Source of the DNA: Auanema rhodensis
Lineage: Eukaryota; Animalia; Nematoda
Assembly (NCBI GenBank): GCA_964057225.1
Contig: OZ059899.1
Location: forward strand, 15,934,001-15,998,000
Reading direction: 5' to 3'
DNA: 64,000 nt
Shown here: positions 15,001-26,400 of the stretch, one piece after another
Layout: every line of letters begins with the position of its first letter
Numbering within the stretch: position 1 is the first letter of the stretch
Translations under genes and position numbers: made by a program
Notes under the pieces: generated by a model
Databases searched by the model: none
Seen by the model: only the letters and a program-made list of their open reading frames with translations
What the model was told of the DNA's origin: nothing

Positions 15001-16830
15001 TCAGGCTGTAGTCACGTTGTGTCCGGTGAATGTTCGCTTTGCTCCAAGACCATTATCCAAAATCAAATGAAAATACTTTGAGGTGGGGTATTCAGATGTG
15101 TAGATTCTGAATCTCTTAGTGAAATTTGGCTAGGACTTCTCCTGTTTCCGGAAAAACGGTTTATATCGACGCCATCCACAAGATTTGTTCACAAAAAAGT
15201 TCAGGCTGTAGTCACGTTGTGTCCGGTGAATGTTCGCTTTTCTCTAAGATTATTATCGAAAATCAAATAAAAACACTTTGAGGTGGGGTATTCAGATGTG
15301 TAGATTCTGAATCTCTTAGTGAAATTTGGCTAGGACTTCTCTTGTTTCCGGAAAAACGGTTTATATCGACCCCATCCACAAGATTTGTTCACAAAAAAGT
15401 TCAGGCTGTAGTCACGTTGTGTCCGGTGAATGTTCGCTTTGCTCCAAGACCATCATCGAAAATCAAACAAAACCACTTTGAGGTGGGGTATTTAGTTGTG
15501 TAGATTCTGAATCTCTTAGTGAAATTTGGCTAGGACTTCTCCTGTTTCCGGAAAAACTGTTTATATCGACGCCATCCACAAGATTTGTTCACAAAAAAGT
15601 TCAGGCTGTAGTCACGTTGTGTCCGGTGAATGTTCGCTTTGCTCCAACATCATCATAGAAAATCAAATAAAAACATTCTGAGGTGGGGTATTCAGATGTG
15701 TAGATTCTCAATCTCTTAGTGAAATTTGGCTAGGACTTCTCCTGTTTACGGAAAAACGGTTTATATCGACGCCATCCACAAGATTTGTTCACAAAAAAGT
15801 TCAGGCTGTAGGCACTGTGTGTCCGGTGAATGTTCGCTTTGCTCCAAGACCATTATCCAAAATCAAATGAAAACACTTTGAGGTGGGGTATTCAGATGTG
15901 TAGATTCTGAATCTCTTAGTGAAATTTGGCTAGGACTTCTCCTGTTTCCGGAAAAACGGTTTATATCGACGCCATCCACAAGATTTGTTCACAAAAAAGT
16001 TCAGGCTGTAGTCACGTTGTGTCCGGTGAATGTTCGCTTTGCTCCAAGACCATTATCCAAAATCAAATGAAAATACTTTGAGGTGGGGTATTCAGATGTG
16101 TAGATTCTGAATCTCTTAGTGAAATTTGGCTAGGACTTCTCCTGTTTCCGGAAAAACGGTTTATATCGACGCCATCCACAAGATTTGTTCACAAAAAAGT
16201 TCAGGCTGTAGACACGTTGTGTCCGGTGAATGTTCGCTTTTCTCTAAGATTATTATCGAAAATCAAATAAAAACACTTTGAGGTGGGGTATTCAGATGTG
16301 TAGATTCTGAATCTCTTAGTGAAATTTGGCTAGGACTTCTCTTGTTTCCGGAAAAACGGTTTATATCGACCCCATCCACAAGATTTGTTCACAAAAAAGT
16401 TCAGGCTGTAGTCACGTTGTGTCCGGTGAATGTTCGCTTTGCTCCAACATCATCATAGAAAATCAAATAAAAACATTCTGAGGTGGGGTATTCAGATGTG
16501 TAGATTCTCAATCTCTTAGTGAAATTTGGCTAGGACTTCTCCTGTTTACGGAAAAACGGTTTATATCGACGCCATCCACAAGATTTGTTCACAAAAAAGT
16601 TCAGGCTGTAGTCACGTTGTGTCCGGTGAATGTTCGCTTTTCTCTAAGATTATTATCGAAAATCAACTAAAAACACTTTGAGGTGGGGTATTCAGATGTG
16701 TAGATTCTGAATCTCTTAGTGAAATTTGGCTAGGACTTCTCCTGTTTACGGAAAAACGGTTTATATCGACGCCATCCACAAGATTTGTTCACAAAAAAGT
16801 TCAGGCTGTAGGCACTGTGTGTCCGGTGAA
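1..16830. repeat. 200-bp tandem satellite, left block (~84 monomers)
   Basis: Monomer TCAGGCTGTAGTCACGTTGTGTCCGGTGAATGTTCGC...AGATTTGTTCACAAAAAAGT recurs every 200 bp from position 1 with only substitutions; runs off the window start. Confidence 0.99.
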
Positions 16831-17061
16831 TGTTCTGATCTAATCAGAAATTGAAGATAATTAATGAAGAACATGAATAATCTTTACCATTTTTGAATCA
16901 TTATTATAAAACACGTGAAAGTTCACGTGAGAGTCATTTTTCATTGTTTTTGTTATTAACATTTTTTATTCTTCGAGTTAACACTTATAATAATCGGTCG
17001 TTGCCAATTATTTATAATAAATAGTTATAATATATTTTGTGTTCTTTGTTTATTCAAGACA
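16831..17061 (+). repeat. 5' LTR of BEL/Pao element (231 bp)
   Basis: TGTTCTGATC...TTCAAGACA; identical by eye to 23248-23478; contains TATAAAA (~16905) and AATAAA (17016-17021). Confidence 0.96.
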
Positions 17062-17068
17062 TAAAAAG

Positions 17069-17079
17069 TGGTGCATCGG
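17069..17079 (+). promoter_or_regulatory. Primer-binding site complementary to tRNA-Gly 3' end
   Basis: TGGTGCATCGG, 7 nt after the 5' LTR, is the reverse complement of the ...CCGATGCA-CCA end of metazoan tRNA-Gly(GCC). Confidence 0.8.
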
Positions 17080-17153
17080 TAAAATAGCCGATAAAAAGTG
17101 AAAAAAAAAAAAAAAAAAGTAAAAAGCACTAATTGAAATTTATTAAAAAAGAA

Positions 17154-19028
17154 ATGAGTCTTTGCTCTTCTAAAACGGGTTACCGTAATAAGACAGGAAT
17201 TCAAAAAAGAATAGTGAATACACTCGCGAAAAGAGAAGAATTACTGTATGTGTTCGAAGAAAATTTCGTAGAAAAAGAGAATTTTTATGAAAATTTGAAA
17301 GATTATTTGACAAGATTTTCAAATTTAATGGAAAGAACCATAATATTGAGAAACGAAGTAAATTTTCCTGAGATAATGGATAGTTTAGAAAAGTCAATAA
17401 TCATTGAAAACTGGGAAAGCCTTAAAAAGGAAATAAGAGAATTTGTGAAAATCGGTAAAGAGATACAAAGAAATGAATCACATGAAGAATTAAGAATTAT
17501 TTTAAGAAATTTCAAAATAAATGAGGAAGAGTTTCTTGAAATATTAAATAGAAAAGATTTATTAGCGCAAGATGCTATAATTTCAAAATATGAAAATGAA
17601 AGTGAATGCTCAAGTCAGAGTGATGTAGAATCAGAATACGAAAAACTTTCAACCAGATTCACACCAATTTTCAATAAGAAAATGATTCAAGATCCGATAT
17701 ATAGCCGAAACAGTTCCCAAACTACCTTAAAAAGTGAACCTCCCTCACATAAAATAACAAGTAACCTTGAAAAAAATGATTTATTACTTAAAATTGAACA
17801 TTTAACAAACAGCTTAAATGAATTAAAAAATGAATATCATCAAAAAAATATAACATCTCCAAAATACAGAAATAATGATGATTATATAAGTACAAATGAG
17901 ATCAATGAAAAATATGAGACAGATTCAAATCTATCCGAATCCTTTCAAGAATACGAATGTAAAAATTATATAAATAATATAAAATTCAAACCACAAATGG
18001 AAATCAAAAAATTCAATGGTGATATAAAAAGATTCAAAGAATTTTTCAACATATTTATGATGCTTATTCATAATAATAATAATTTAACAAATTTAGAAAA
18101 ATTATATCAATTAAAAAATTCACTTACTGATTTTCCAGCACAACTTGTGGAGCATTTACCGCTTGACGGGAGAAACTATGTGAAAGCTCTGAAAATAATA
18201 AAAGATACATTCGATAGACCATATGAAATTAAAAAAGATTTAAAGAAAGAATTAAATAATGTCAGAAAAGCATATGGGAATCCAATCTATGCAAGAGAAA
18301 ACTTTTACAAAATAAAATCAATTCTATCAGCATTAGAAGAATATGAAAATATCGATAATGAAGAAATAATCGAAATAGTGAAAAGTAAATTTGATATCGA
18401 AATAAATACAAGAATATCAGAAATAGAAATAACAGAAAATAAAAGACTGAATATAGAAGATATTCTAAAATGCATAGAAATAAAAATAAAAGCGGTCTTG
18501 GCTGCTTCAAATTCAAATCAATTACATAAAGAAGAACACAGACCAACTGTAAATTTTCTAACAAAAGTAAATAGAGAAAGATATGAAAGAAATTCGAACA
18601 ATTATAAAGGATCATTTGTTAAAAATGAAAAGAATTTCAAAAGAATTTCATGCATTTTTTGTAAATTAAATAATCATGAAGCTAAAGATTGTCGAAAAAT
18701 GACCGGAGTTAAGGAAAAAAGAGAAATAATAATAAGAGAAAAACGTTGCTGGCTCTGTTTTAATACAAATCATACTTCCTTTAATTGTGATAAAGATAAA
18801 TGTCAAAATTGTCAGGGAAATCATCATGAAATGTTATGTTATAAAGCATCAGAAAGTAATTTCGAACATAATTGGAAGAAAAATGATCAAGAAGATAACT
18901 TGAATTCAAGAAATGATGCTAAAGAAAGAAATAATTCGAAATTCGAAATGATACATCCAACAGGAGGAAATTCAGAACCATTAGGACAAAATTTTCGGTT
19001 TACCCCAAAAAATCGGAAAGTAACATGA
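17154..19028 (+). CDS. gag: BEL/Pao Gag (DUF1759-like capsid region plus three zinc knuckles)
   Basis: ORF track start 17133 is TTG; first ATG is 17154. KFNGDIKRFKEFF capsid-like motif; CIFC-x4-H-x4-C, CWLC-x4-H-x4-C, CQNC-x3-HH-x3-C triple knuckle typical of BEL/Pao. Confidence 0.92.
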   Translation: MSLCSSKTGYRNKTGIQKRIVNTLAKREELLYVFEENFVEKENFYENLKDYLTRFSNLMERTIILRNEVNFPEIMDSLEKSIIIENWESLKKEIREFVKIGKEIQRNESHEELRIILRNFKINEEEFLEILNRKDLLAQDAIISKYENESECSSQSDVESEYEKLSTRFTPIFNKKMIQDPIYSRNSSQTTLKSEPPSHKITSNLEKNDLLLKIEHLTNSLNELKNEYHQKNITSPKYRNNDDYISTNEINEKYETDSNLSESFQEYECKNYINNIKFKPQMEIKKFNGDIKRFKEFFNIFMMLIHNNNNLTNLEKLYQLKNSLTDFPAQLVEHLPLDGRNYVKALKIIKDTFDRPYEIKKDLKKELNNVRKAYGNPIYARENFYKIKSILSALEEYENIDNEEIIEIVKSKFDIEINTRISEIEITENKRLNIEDILKCIEIKIKAVLAASNSNQLHKEEHRPTVNFLTKVNRERYERNSNNYKGSFVKNEKNFKRISCIFCKLNNHEAKDCRKMTGVKEKREIIIREKRCWLCFNTNHTSFNCDKDKCQNCQGNHHEMLCYKASESNFEHNWKKNDQEDNLNSRNDAKERNNSKFEMIHPTGGNSEPLGQNFRFTPKNRKVT

Positions 19029-22000
19029 TCGAAAAGAAATCAAAAACATTATTTTCAAATGAAATTTATAGTAGTAATTTAGAAAATACGTTTTTTATCT
19101 CATATTTAACATTTAAAAGCAAAAATTTAACTATAATATTTGATTCATGTTCTCAAAGATCATTTATAAAAGAAGAAGTTTCAAATGAACTAGAATTAGA
19201 AATAGAAGATGAGAAAAATATCCCAATAGGAACTATTGGAGATAAAGAAAATATAATAAAATCAAAATTGGTAAAAATGAAAATAGAAGACATGAAATTA
19301 AACTTTTTAACTATATCTAATATAACAGACAAAATAAAAATACCAAACATAAGTAAGGAGGACGTAACAGAAATTATGCTAATTAACCAGAAACACTTAG
19401 AGCAATATGCTAATGAAGAAAATGAAGAGAAAACGTATGAAAAGCAATATAATCAAATATCCGAATATGAAAAACTCAATAAAATAACAGAATTAGAACC
19501 GGATATTTTAATTGGTATGGATAATTATTGGAAAATAGTTCCAAAAGAGTTCAAATCGTATGTATTAAAATCAGGATTAATTATGATGCCAACAAAACTA
19601 AACCCAATCATAATTGGAACTTCAGAAAAGGATGAAAACTATGAAATAAGCGAAGAACTGAAATGTTTTTTAACTGGAATTAGACTTGAGAAAGAAAAAA
19701 GGGAAACAAAAGATATTTTAAGAAAGAAAGATGATGAATTGGCATGGAATAATTTTCATGAAAATGTAACTATAAATAATAATAGAATATCAGTATTGTT
19801 TCCTATTAAACCTAATATTCAAGCTATAGACAATAATTTTGGTAAAAGCATAGGATGTTTAAAAAGCTTGTTAAAAAGTTTCAAAAATCAAGATGAAATA
19901 TTTAAAAAATATAATGAAACAATTCAAGAGCAATTAAAAACCGGAATATTAGAAATAGCTCCGAAAACAAGTCATCCATTTTTAACTTATTATATTCCCC
20001 ATCATTTTGTGATGAAACTAAGTAGCAATACAACAAAGTTACGAATAGTTTTAAACGCCTCAAGCAAATCAAAAAACTGTAAATCACTAAACGATATTCT
20101 ATATAAAGGTGAAGGAATCATTCCAAATCTAGTTGGCATGCTAATTAGATTGCGATTATGTAAAGAATTCATAATGGGCGATATCGAAAAAGCTTTTCAT
20201 CAAATTGAATTGAAAAAACAACATCGTGATTTAACACGAATTTTGTGGATTAAAGATATTAGAAAGGAAATAGATAACAGTAATTTAGTGAATTTAAGGT
20301 TTACTAGGATACCTTTCGGTGTTAATAGTTCACCATTCTTATTAGCAGCAAGTATAATATATTTTTTAAATAAGGAAAAAAGAGATATTAATGAAGATAT
20401 AATGAAAAATATTTATGTTGATAATATTATGCTGAAAGTAAGTAATGTCAATCAAAATTTAAAACTATATGAAGAAATAAAAAATCTTTTCTCAAAGGTT
20501 AATATGAATGTAAGAGAATTCTATAGTAATAACCCAAATATTATGCAAATGATCCCACAAAAAGATAAAATGAAGGAAGGAAGCATGAAAATCTTGGGAA
20601 TGAACTATGAGAAAGAAAGTGATGAATTCATTATTGAATTCCCAAATTGGAAAGCTAATAACCTAACAAGAAAAAATGTTTTGAGCTTTATTAATTCAGT
20701 TTTTGATCCTATAGGTATATCTCAACCTATCATGCTGAAAGCAAAACTATTTATGAAAAAATTATGGGATTTAAAAAACGATTGGAACGATGAAATCACT
20801 GAAAAAGATTTGATTAATGAATGGTTAAATATAACCGAAAAACTAAGAAATAAGTTTTTAAAATTTCCAAGACAAATCCTAAGAAATCAAAATCCAGTAA
20901 AATTAGAATATTGTTTATTCACTGACGCATCTAAAGATGTGATAGCTGCAGTAGCATATATAATTGAATATAATGATCAAAATAATATAATTAATATCCA
21001 ATTTTTAAATTCTAAATCTTCAACAATGATAGAAGGTACAATTCCGATGAAAGAATTATCAGCAATGGTACTAGGATTTAAATTAATTAGAGAAAATTTT
21101 AAAGAAATGAACGTTAATATAAGAAATATTAAAATTTTCACTGATTCACAAGTCGTACTTCATTGGATATCAAAGAATCCTCAGAAAAAATTATATATTC
21201 GAAATAGAATAGAAAAAATAAACGAAATCAGTCAAGAAATGAAAGAAAAAGATAAAGTAATAGAATATTTTTATGTTAAATCTGAAGCAAACCCTGCAGA
21301 TATTCCTACAAGAGGAGCAGATATAGATGAAGCTAAATTTGAAATGTGGAAAAATGGTCCTTATTGGATGAAAGAGGAAAATTTATTTAAAGCCAATGTT
21401 ATAACACAGCAAAACATTATTAATCCAGAAATTAGTAAAAGTAAAATCATAAATCTATTGATAAATACAAAACGAAACAATTTATATGAAAATTTTGAAA
21501 GTTTAGCAGGAAAATATTCTTCCTTTTCCGAATATATGTCTATTATTAAAGTAATAGTTATGTTTGCATGCAAACTAAGAAAAGAAAAATGGATGAATTC
21601 GAATAAAATCATGGAAGAACTCAGAGATGCAAAATCTGAAGGCATAAAAAATAAATTAATCGAGAAATTGATAATAAAAATGCATCAAGAACAGAATATA
21701 AATAGCCTAGAAAAGAAAAAATATAAAAGTCTGGATATCATAAAGGATGAATATAATATTCTAAGAGTAAGAGGCAGAATGGGTAATGATAATAAGAGTA
21801 TTGATGAATATCCGATACTATTATTTGGAAAAACAAATTATTCTAATTTATTTTTGAACTATATGCATGGTATCATGTTACATCCTGCAAGAAACACGTT
21901 CATATCAATGATAAGAAAGAATTTTTTTATAATAAAATTGAAGAATATAGTAAACACAATCAATTCAAGATGTTTAAAATGTAAAAAATTAAATAACAGA

Positions 22001-23128
22001 CCGTATAAATATCCAGATTTTCCACAGTTACCTATACATAGAATTAATAAATTCAAACCATATGAAAATATTGGTGTTGATTTTGCTGGACCATTATACG
22101 TCAAAAAAGAAAATGAAACTAAAAAAGTGTGGATTATGCTTATAACATGTCTATGCACGAGAGCTATATATATTGATTTAGTTCATGATTGTACATCCAA
22201 AGAATTCATTTTGGTACTAAGAAAATTTTTTGCAAGAAAAAGAATACCGAAAATAATATATAGTGATAACGGCTCACAATTTATTAAAGGAGAAAAAATT
22301 TTGAAAGAATTTTCGAGCAAGAACTTTATTCAATGGAAGTTCATAACTCCACATTCTCCCTGGAAAGGAGGTTTTTATGAAAAAATGATCGGAATCACTA
22401 AAAAATATCTAATGAAAAACTTAGATGTAAGAATAATAGAACTGAGAGAACTTGAAACAATTTTAGCTGAGATAGAAACTGTAATAAATAACCGACCTCT
22501 CACTAATATTGAAACAGATTTTGATACAATTATAACTCCAATGAGCTTAGAAATTTATCATCCAAGTAATATATTACCATGTTATATGGGAAATGAAAAT
22601 AAAACTAATTTAGAAAATAAAAGAGAAATTAAAGAATGGATGGAAATTTGCAATGAAAAAGTAGAAAAATTTTGGCTTGAATGGACAGGTCATTATCTTG
22701 AAGAATTAAGAGCTAATAATATTAAGTATAGAAATATGAAAAACTATTCAAAAAACATTCCGAAAGTAGGAGATATAGTATTGTGCGAAAAAATTGGCAC
22801 CAAAAGAAATAAATGGCCTATGGTTCTTATAAAAGAATTGATCATATCTCCAGATAAACAGATAAGAACGGCCATTATAAAAAATTCTGAAGGAAATTTA
22901 TTAAGAAAAAGTATAAATCAATTAATTCCTCTTGAAATTAACCAACAATACGATGAAAATCATAAGGAAACGGAAGATGAAACCAAAGATGAAGAATCAG
23001 AACCAAAATCAGAAATTCACCAAAAACAACAAGATTGTATATCAAATACAATAATTCCAAGAGGTACCGAACAATGGAACCATCGCTTGAGACCAATAGC
23101 TAGAATAAACTATAAAGAATATTTATGA
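19025..23128 (+). CDS. pol: BEL/Pao Pol polyprotein (aspartic protease, RT, RNase H, integrase, DUF5641-like C-terminus)
   Basis: IIFDSCSQRSFI (PR); DIEKAFHQI, RIPFGVNSSPFLL, YVDN (RT); FTDAS, FTDSQ, NPADIPTRG (RNase H); H-x4-H/CxxC, GVDFAGP, YSDNG, GGFYE (IN); FWxxWxxxYL and PKVGDIVL. Uninterrupted 1367 aa. Confidence 0.96.
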   Translation: MIEKKSKTLFSNEIYSSNLENTFFISYLTFKSKNLTIIFDSCSQRSFIKEEVSNELELEIEDEKNIPIGTIGDKENIIKSKLVKMKIEDMKLNFLTISNITDKIKIPNISKEDVTEIMLINQKHLEQYANEENEEKTYEKQYNQISEYEKLNKITELEPDILIGMDNYWKIVPKEFKSYVLKSGLIMMPTKLNPIIIGTSEKDENYEISEELKCFLTGIRLEKEKRETKDILRKKDDELAWNNFHENVTINNNRISVLFPIKPNIQAIDNNFGKSIGCLKSLLKSFKNQDEIFKKYNETIQEQLKTGILEIAPKTSHPFLTYYIPHHFVMKLSSNTTKLRIVLNASSKSKNCKSLNDILYKGEGIIPNLVGMLIRLRLCKEFIMGDIEKAFHQIELKKQHRDLTRILWIKDIRKEIDNSNLVNLRFTRIPFGVNSSPFLLAASIIYFLNKEKRDINEDIMKNIYVDNIMLKVSNVNQNLKLYEEIKNLFSKVNMNVREFYSNNPNIMQMIPQKDKMKEGSMKILGMNYEKESDEFIIEFPNWKANNLTRKNVLSFINSVFDPIGISQPIMLKAKLFMKKLWDLKNDWNDEITEKDLINEWLNITEKLRNKFLKFPRQILRNQNPVKLEYCLFTDASKDVIAAVAYIIEYNDQNNIINIQFLNSKSSTMIEGTIPMKELSAMVLGFKLIRENFKEMNVNIRNIKIFTDSQVVLHWISKNPQKKLYIRNRIEKINEISQEMKEKDKVIEYFYVKSEANPADIPTRGADIDEAKFEMWKNGPYWMKEENLFKANVITQQNIINPEISKSKIINLLINTKRNNLYENFESLAGKYSSFSEYMSIIKVIVMFACKLRKEKWMNSNKIMEELRDAKSEGIKNKLIEKLIIKMHQEQNINSLEKKKYKSLDIIKDEYNILRVRGRMGNDNKSIDEYPILLFGKTNYSNLFLNYMHGIMLHPARNTFISMIRKNFFIIKLKNIVNTINSRCLKCKKLNNRPYKYPDFPQLPIHRINKFKPYENIGVDFAGPLYVKKENETKKVWIMLITCLCTRAIYIDLVHDCTSKEFILVLRKFFARKRIPKIIYSDNGSQFIKGEKILKEFSSKNFIQWKFITPHSPWKGGFYEKMIGITKKYLMKNLDVRIIELRELETILAEIETVINNRPLTNIETDFDTIITPMSLEIYHPSNILPCYMGNENKTNLENKREIKEWMEICNEKVEKFWLEWTGHYLEELRANNIKYRNMKNYSKNIPKVGDIVLCEKIGTKRNKWPMVLIKELIISPDKQIRTAIIKNSEGNLLRKSINQLIPLEINQQYDENHKETEDETKDEESEPKSEIHQKQQDCISNTIIPRGTEQWNHRLRPIARINYKEYL

Positions 23129-23237
23129 AATTAATGTTTTGGTCGTTGGGAGCCATCACGTAACAAAAACGTGAAAAAGATGTAAAGAAACAAAATAATA
23201 ATAAAAATCAAATTAAGGAATCAAATACGTCTTCTTT

Positions 23238-23247
23238 GAGGCGGGAA
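23238..23247 (+). promoter_or_regulatory. Polypurine tract of BEL/Pao element
   Basis: GAGGCGGGAA immediately before the 3' LTR. Confidence 0.75.
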
Positions 23248-23478
23248 TGTTCTGATCTAATCAGAAATTGAAGATAATTAATGAAGAACATGAATAATCT
23301 TTACCATTTTTGAATCATTATTATAAAACACGTGAAAGTTCACGTGAGAGTCATTTTTCATTGTTTTTGTTATTAACATTTTTTATTCTTCGAGTTAACA
23401 CTTATAATAATCGGTCGTTGCCAATTATTTATAATAAATAGTTATAATATATTTTGTGTTCTTTGTTTATTCAAGACA
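23248..23478 (+). repeat. 3' LTR of BEL/Pao element (231 bp)
   Basis: Direct repeat of 16831-17061, followed by TSD GTGAA and in-phase resumption of the satellite. Confidence 0.96.
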
Positions 23479-26400
23479 GTGAATGTTCGCTTTGCTCCAA
23501 CACCATTATCGAAAATCAAATGAAAATACTTTGAGGTGGGGTATTCAGATGTGTAGATTCTGAATCTCCTAGGGAAATTTGGCTAGGACTTCTCCTGTTT
23601 CCGGAAAAATGGTTTATATTGACCCCATCTACAAGATTTGTTCACAAAAAAGTTCAGGCTATAGTCACGTTGTGTCCGGTGAATGTTCGCTTTGTTCCAA
23701 GACCATCATCGAAAATCAAACAAAAACACTTTGAGGTGGGGTATTCAGATGTGTAGATTCTGAATCTCTTAGTGAAATTTGGCTAGGACTTCTCCTGTTT
23801 CCGGAAAAACGGTTTATATTGACCCCATCTACAAGATTTGTTCACAAAAAAGTTCAGGCTGTAGTCAGGTTGTGTCCGGTGAATGTTCGCTTTTCTCTAA
23901 GATCATTATCGAAAATCAAACAAAAACACTTTGAGGTGGGGTATTCAGATGTGTAGATTCTGAATCTCTTAGTGAAATTTGGCTAGGACTTCTCCTGTTT
24001 CCGGAAAAAACGGTTTATATTGACCCCATCTACAAGATTTGTTCACAAAAAAGTTCAGGCTGTAGTCACGTTGTGTCCGGTGAATGTTCGCTTTTCTCTA
24101 AGATCATTATCGAAAATCAAACAAAAACACTTTGAGGTGGGGTATTCAGATGTGTAGATTCTGAATCTCTTAGTGAAATTTGGCTAGGACTTCTCCTGTT
24201 TCCGGAAAAAACGGTTTATATCGACGCCATCTACAAGATTTGTTCACAAAAAAGTTCAGGCTGTAGTCAGGTTGTGTCCGGTGAATGTTCGCTTTTCTCT
24301 AAGATCATTATCGAAAATCAAACAAAAACACTTTGAGGTGGGGTATTCAGATGTGTAGATTCTGAATCTCTTAGTGAAATTTGGCTAGGACTTCTCCTGT
24401 TTCCGGAAAAAACGGTTTATATCGACGCCATCCACAAGATTTGTTCACAAAAAAGTTCAGGCTGTAGGCACTGTGTGTCCGGTGAATGTTCGCTTTGCTC
24501 CAAGACCATTATCCAAAATCAAATGAAAATACTTTGAGGTGGGGTATTCAGATGTGTAGATTCTGAATCTTCTAGTGAGATTTGGCTAGGACTTCTCCTG
24601 TTTCCGGAAAAATGGTTTATATCGACCCCATCCACAAGATTTGTTCACAAAAAAGTTCAGGCTGTAGTCACGTTGTGTCCGGTGAATGTTCGCTTTGCTC
24701 CAAGACCATCATCGAAAATCAAATAAAACCATTTTGAGGTGGAGTATTCAGATGTGTAGATTCTGAATCTCCTAGGGAAATTTGGCTAGGACTCCTCCTG
24801 TTTCAGGGAAAACGGTTTATATCGACGCCATCCACAAGATTTGTTCACAAAAAAGTTCAGGCTGTTGTCACGTTGTGTCCGGTGAATGTTTGCTTTGCTC
24901 CAAGACCATTATCCAAAATCAAACAAAAACACTTTGAGGTGGGGTATTCAGATGTGTAGATTCTGAATCTTCTAGTGAGATTTGGCTAGGACTTCTCCTG
25001 TTTCCGGAAAAACGGTTTATATCGACACCATCCACAAGATTTGTTCACAAAAAAGTTCAGGCTGTAGTCATGTTGTGTCCGGTGAATGTTCGCTTTGCTC
25101 CAACACCATTATCGAAAATCAAATAAAAACACTTTGAGGTGGGGTATTCAGATGTGTAGATTCTGAATCTTCTAGTGAGATTTGGCTAGGAATTCTCCTG
25201 TTTCCGGAAAAACGGTTTATATCGACCCCATCCACAAGATTTGTTCACAAAAAAGTTCAGGCTGTAGTCACGTTGTGTCCGGTGAATGTTCGCTTTGCTC
25301 CAACACCATTATCAAAAATCAAATAAAAATACTTTGAGGTGGGGTATTCAGATGTGTAGATTCTGAATCTTCTAGTGAGATTTGGCTAGGAATTCTCCTG
25401 TTTCCGGAAAAACGGTTTATATCGACCCCATCCACAAGATTTGTTCACAAAAAAGTTCAGGCTGTTGTCACGTTGTGTCCGGTGAATGTTTGCTTTGCTC
25501 CAAGACCATTATCCAAAATCAATTGAAAATACTTTGAGGTGGGGTATTCAGATGTGTAGATTCTGAATCTCTTAGTGAAATTTGGCTAGGACTTCTCCTG
25601 TTTCCGGAAAAACGGTTTATATTGACCCCATCTACAAGATTTGTTCACAAAAAAGTTCAGGCTGTAGTCACGTTGTGTCCGGTGAATGTTCGCTTTTCTC
25701 TAAGATCATAATCGAAAATCAAACAAAAACACTTTAAGGTGGGGTATTCAGATGTGTAGATTCTGAATCTCTTAGTGAAATTTGGCTAGGACTTCTCCTG
25801 TTTCCGGAAAAACGGTTTATATTGACCCCATCTACAAGATTTGTTCACAAAAAAGTTCAGGCTGTAGTCACGTTGTGTCCGGTGAATGTTCGCTTTGCTC
25901 CAACACCATCATCGAAAATCAAATAAAACCATTTTGAGGTGGAGTATTCAGATGTGTAGATTCTGAATCTCCTAGGGAAATTTGGCTAGGACTCCTCCTG
26001 TTTCAGGGAAAACGGTTTATATCGACGCCATCCACAAGATTTGTTCACAAAAAAATTCAGGCGGTAGTCACGTTGTGTCCGGTGAATGTTCGCTTTTCTC
26101 TAAGATCATTATCGAAAATCAAATAAAAATACTTTGAGGTGGGGTATTCAGATGTTTAGATTCTGAATCTCCTAGGGAAATTTGGCTAGGACTTCTCCTG
26201 TTTACGGAAAAACGGTTTATATCGACCCCATCCACAAGATTTGTTCACAAAAAAGTTCAGGCTGTAGTCACGTTGTGTCCGGTGAATGTTCGCTTTTCTC
26301 TAAGATCATTATCGAAAATCAAACAAAACCATTTTGAGGTGGAGTATTCAGATGTGTAGATTCTGAATCTCCTAGGGAAATTTGGCTAGGACTTCTCCTG

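Larger units (their letters stand above)
16831..23478 (+). mobile_element. Full-length BEL/Pao (Belpaoviridae-type) LTR retrotransposon, 6648 bp, no env ORF
   Basis: Two 231-bp TG...CA LTRs, 5-bp TSD GTGAA (16826-16830 and 23479-23483), PBS, PPT, Gag with three Cys/His knuckles, Pol in PR-RT-RH-IN order with YVDN RT motif. Confidence 0.97.

Noticed and set aside
17170-22158. Short minus-strand ORFs within the BEL/Pao element
   Set aside because: Antisense shadows of A-rich gag/pol with F/L/I-biased composition and no motifs.
23129-23247. env gene in the BEL/Pao element
   Set aside because: Only ~120 bp separate the pol stop from the 3' LTR, and the Pol C-terminus is a short acidic/basic tail.
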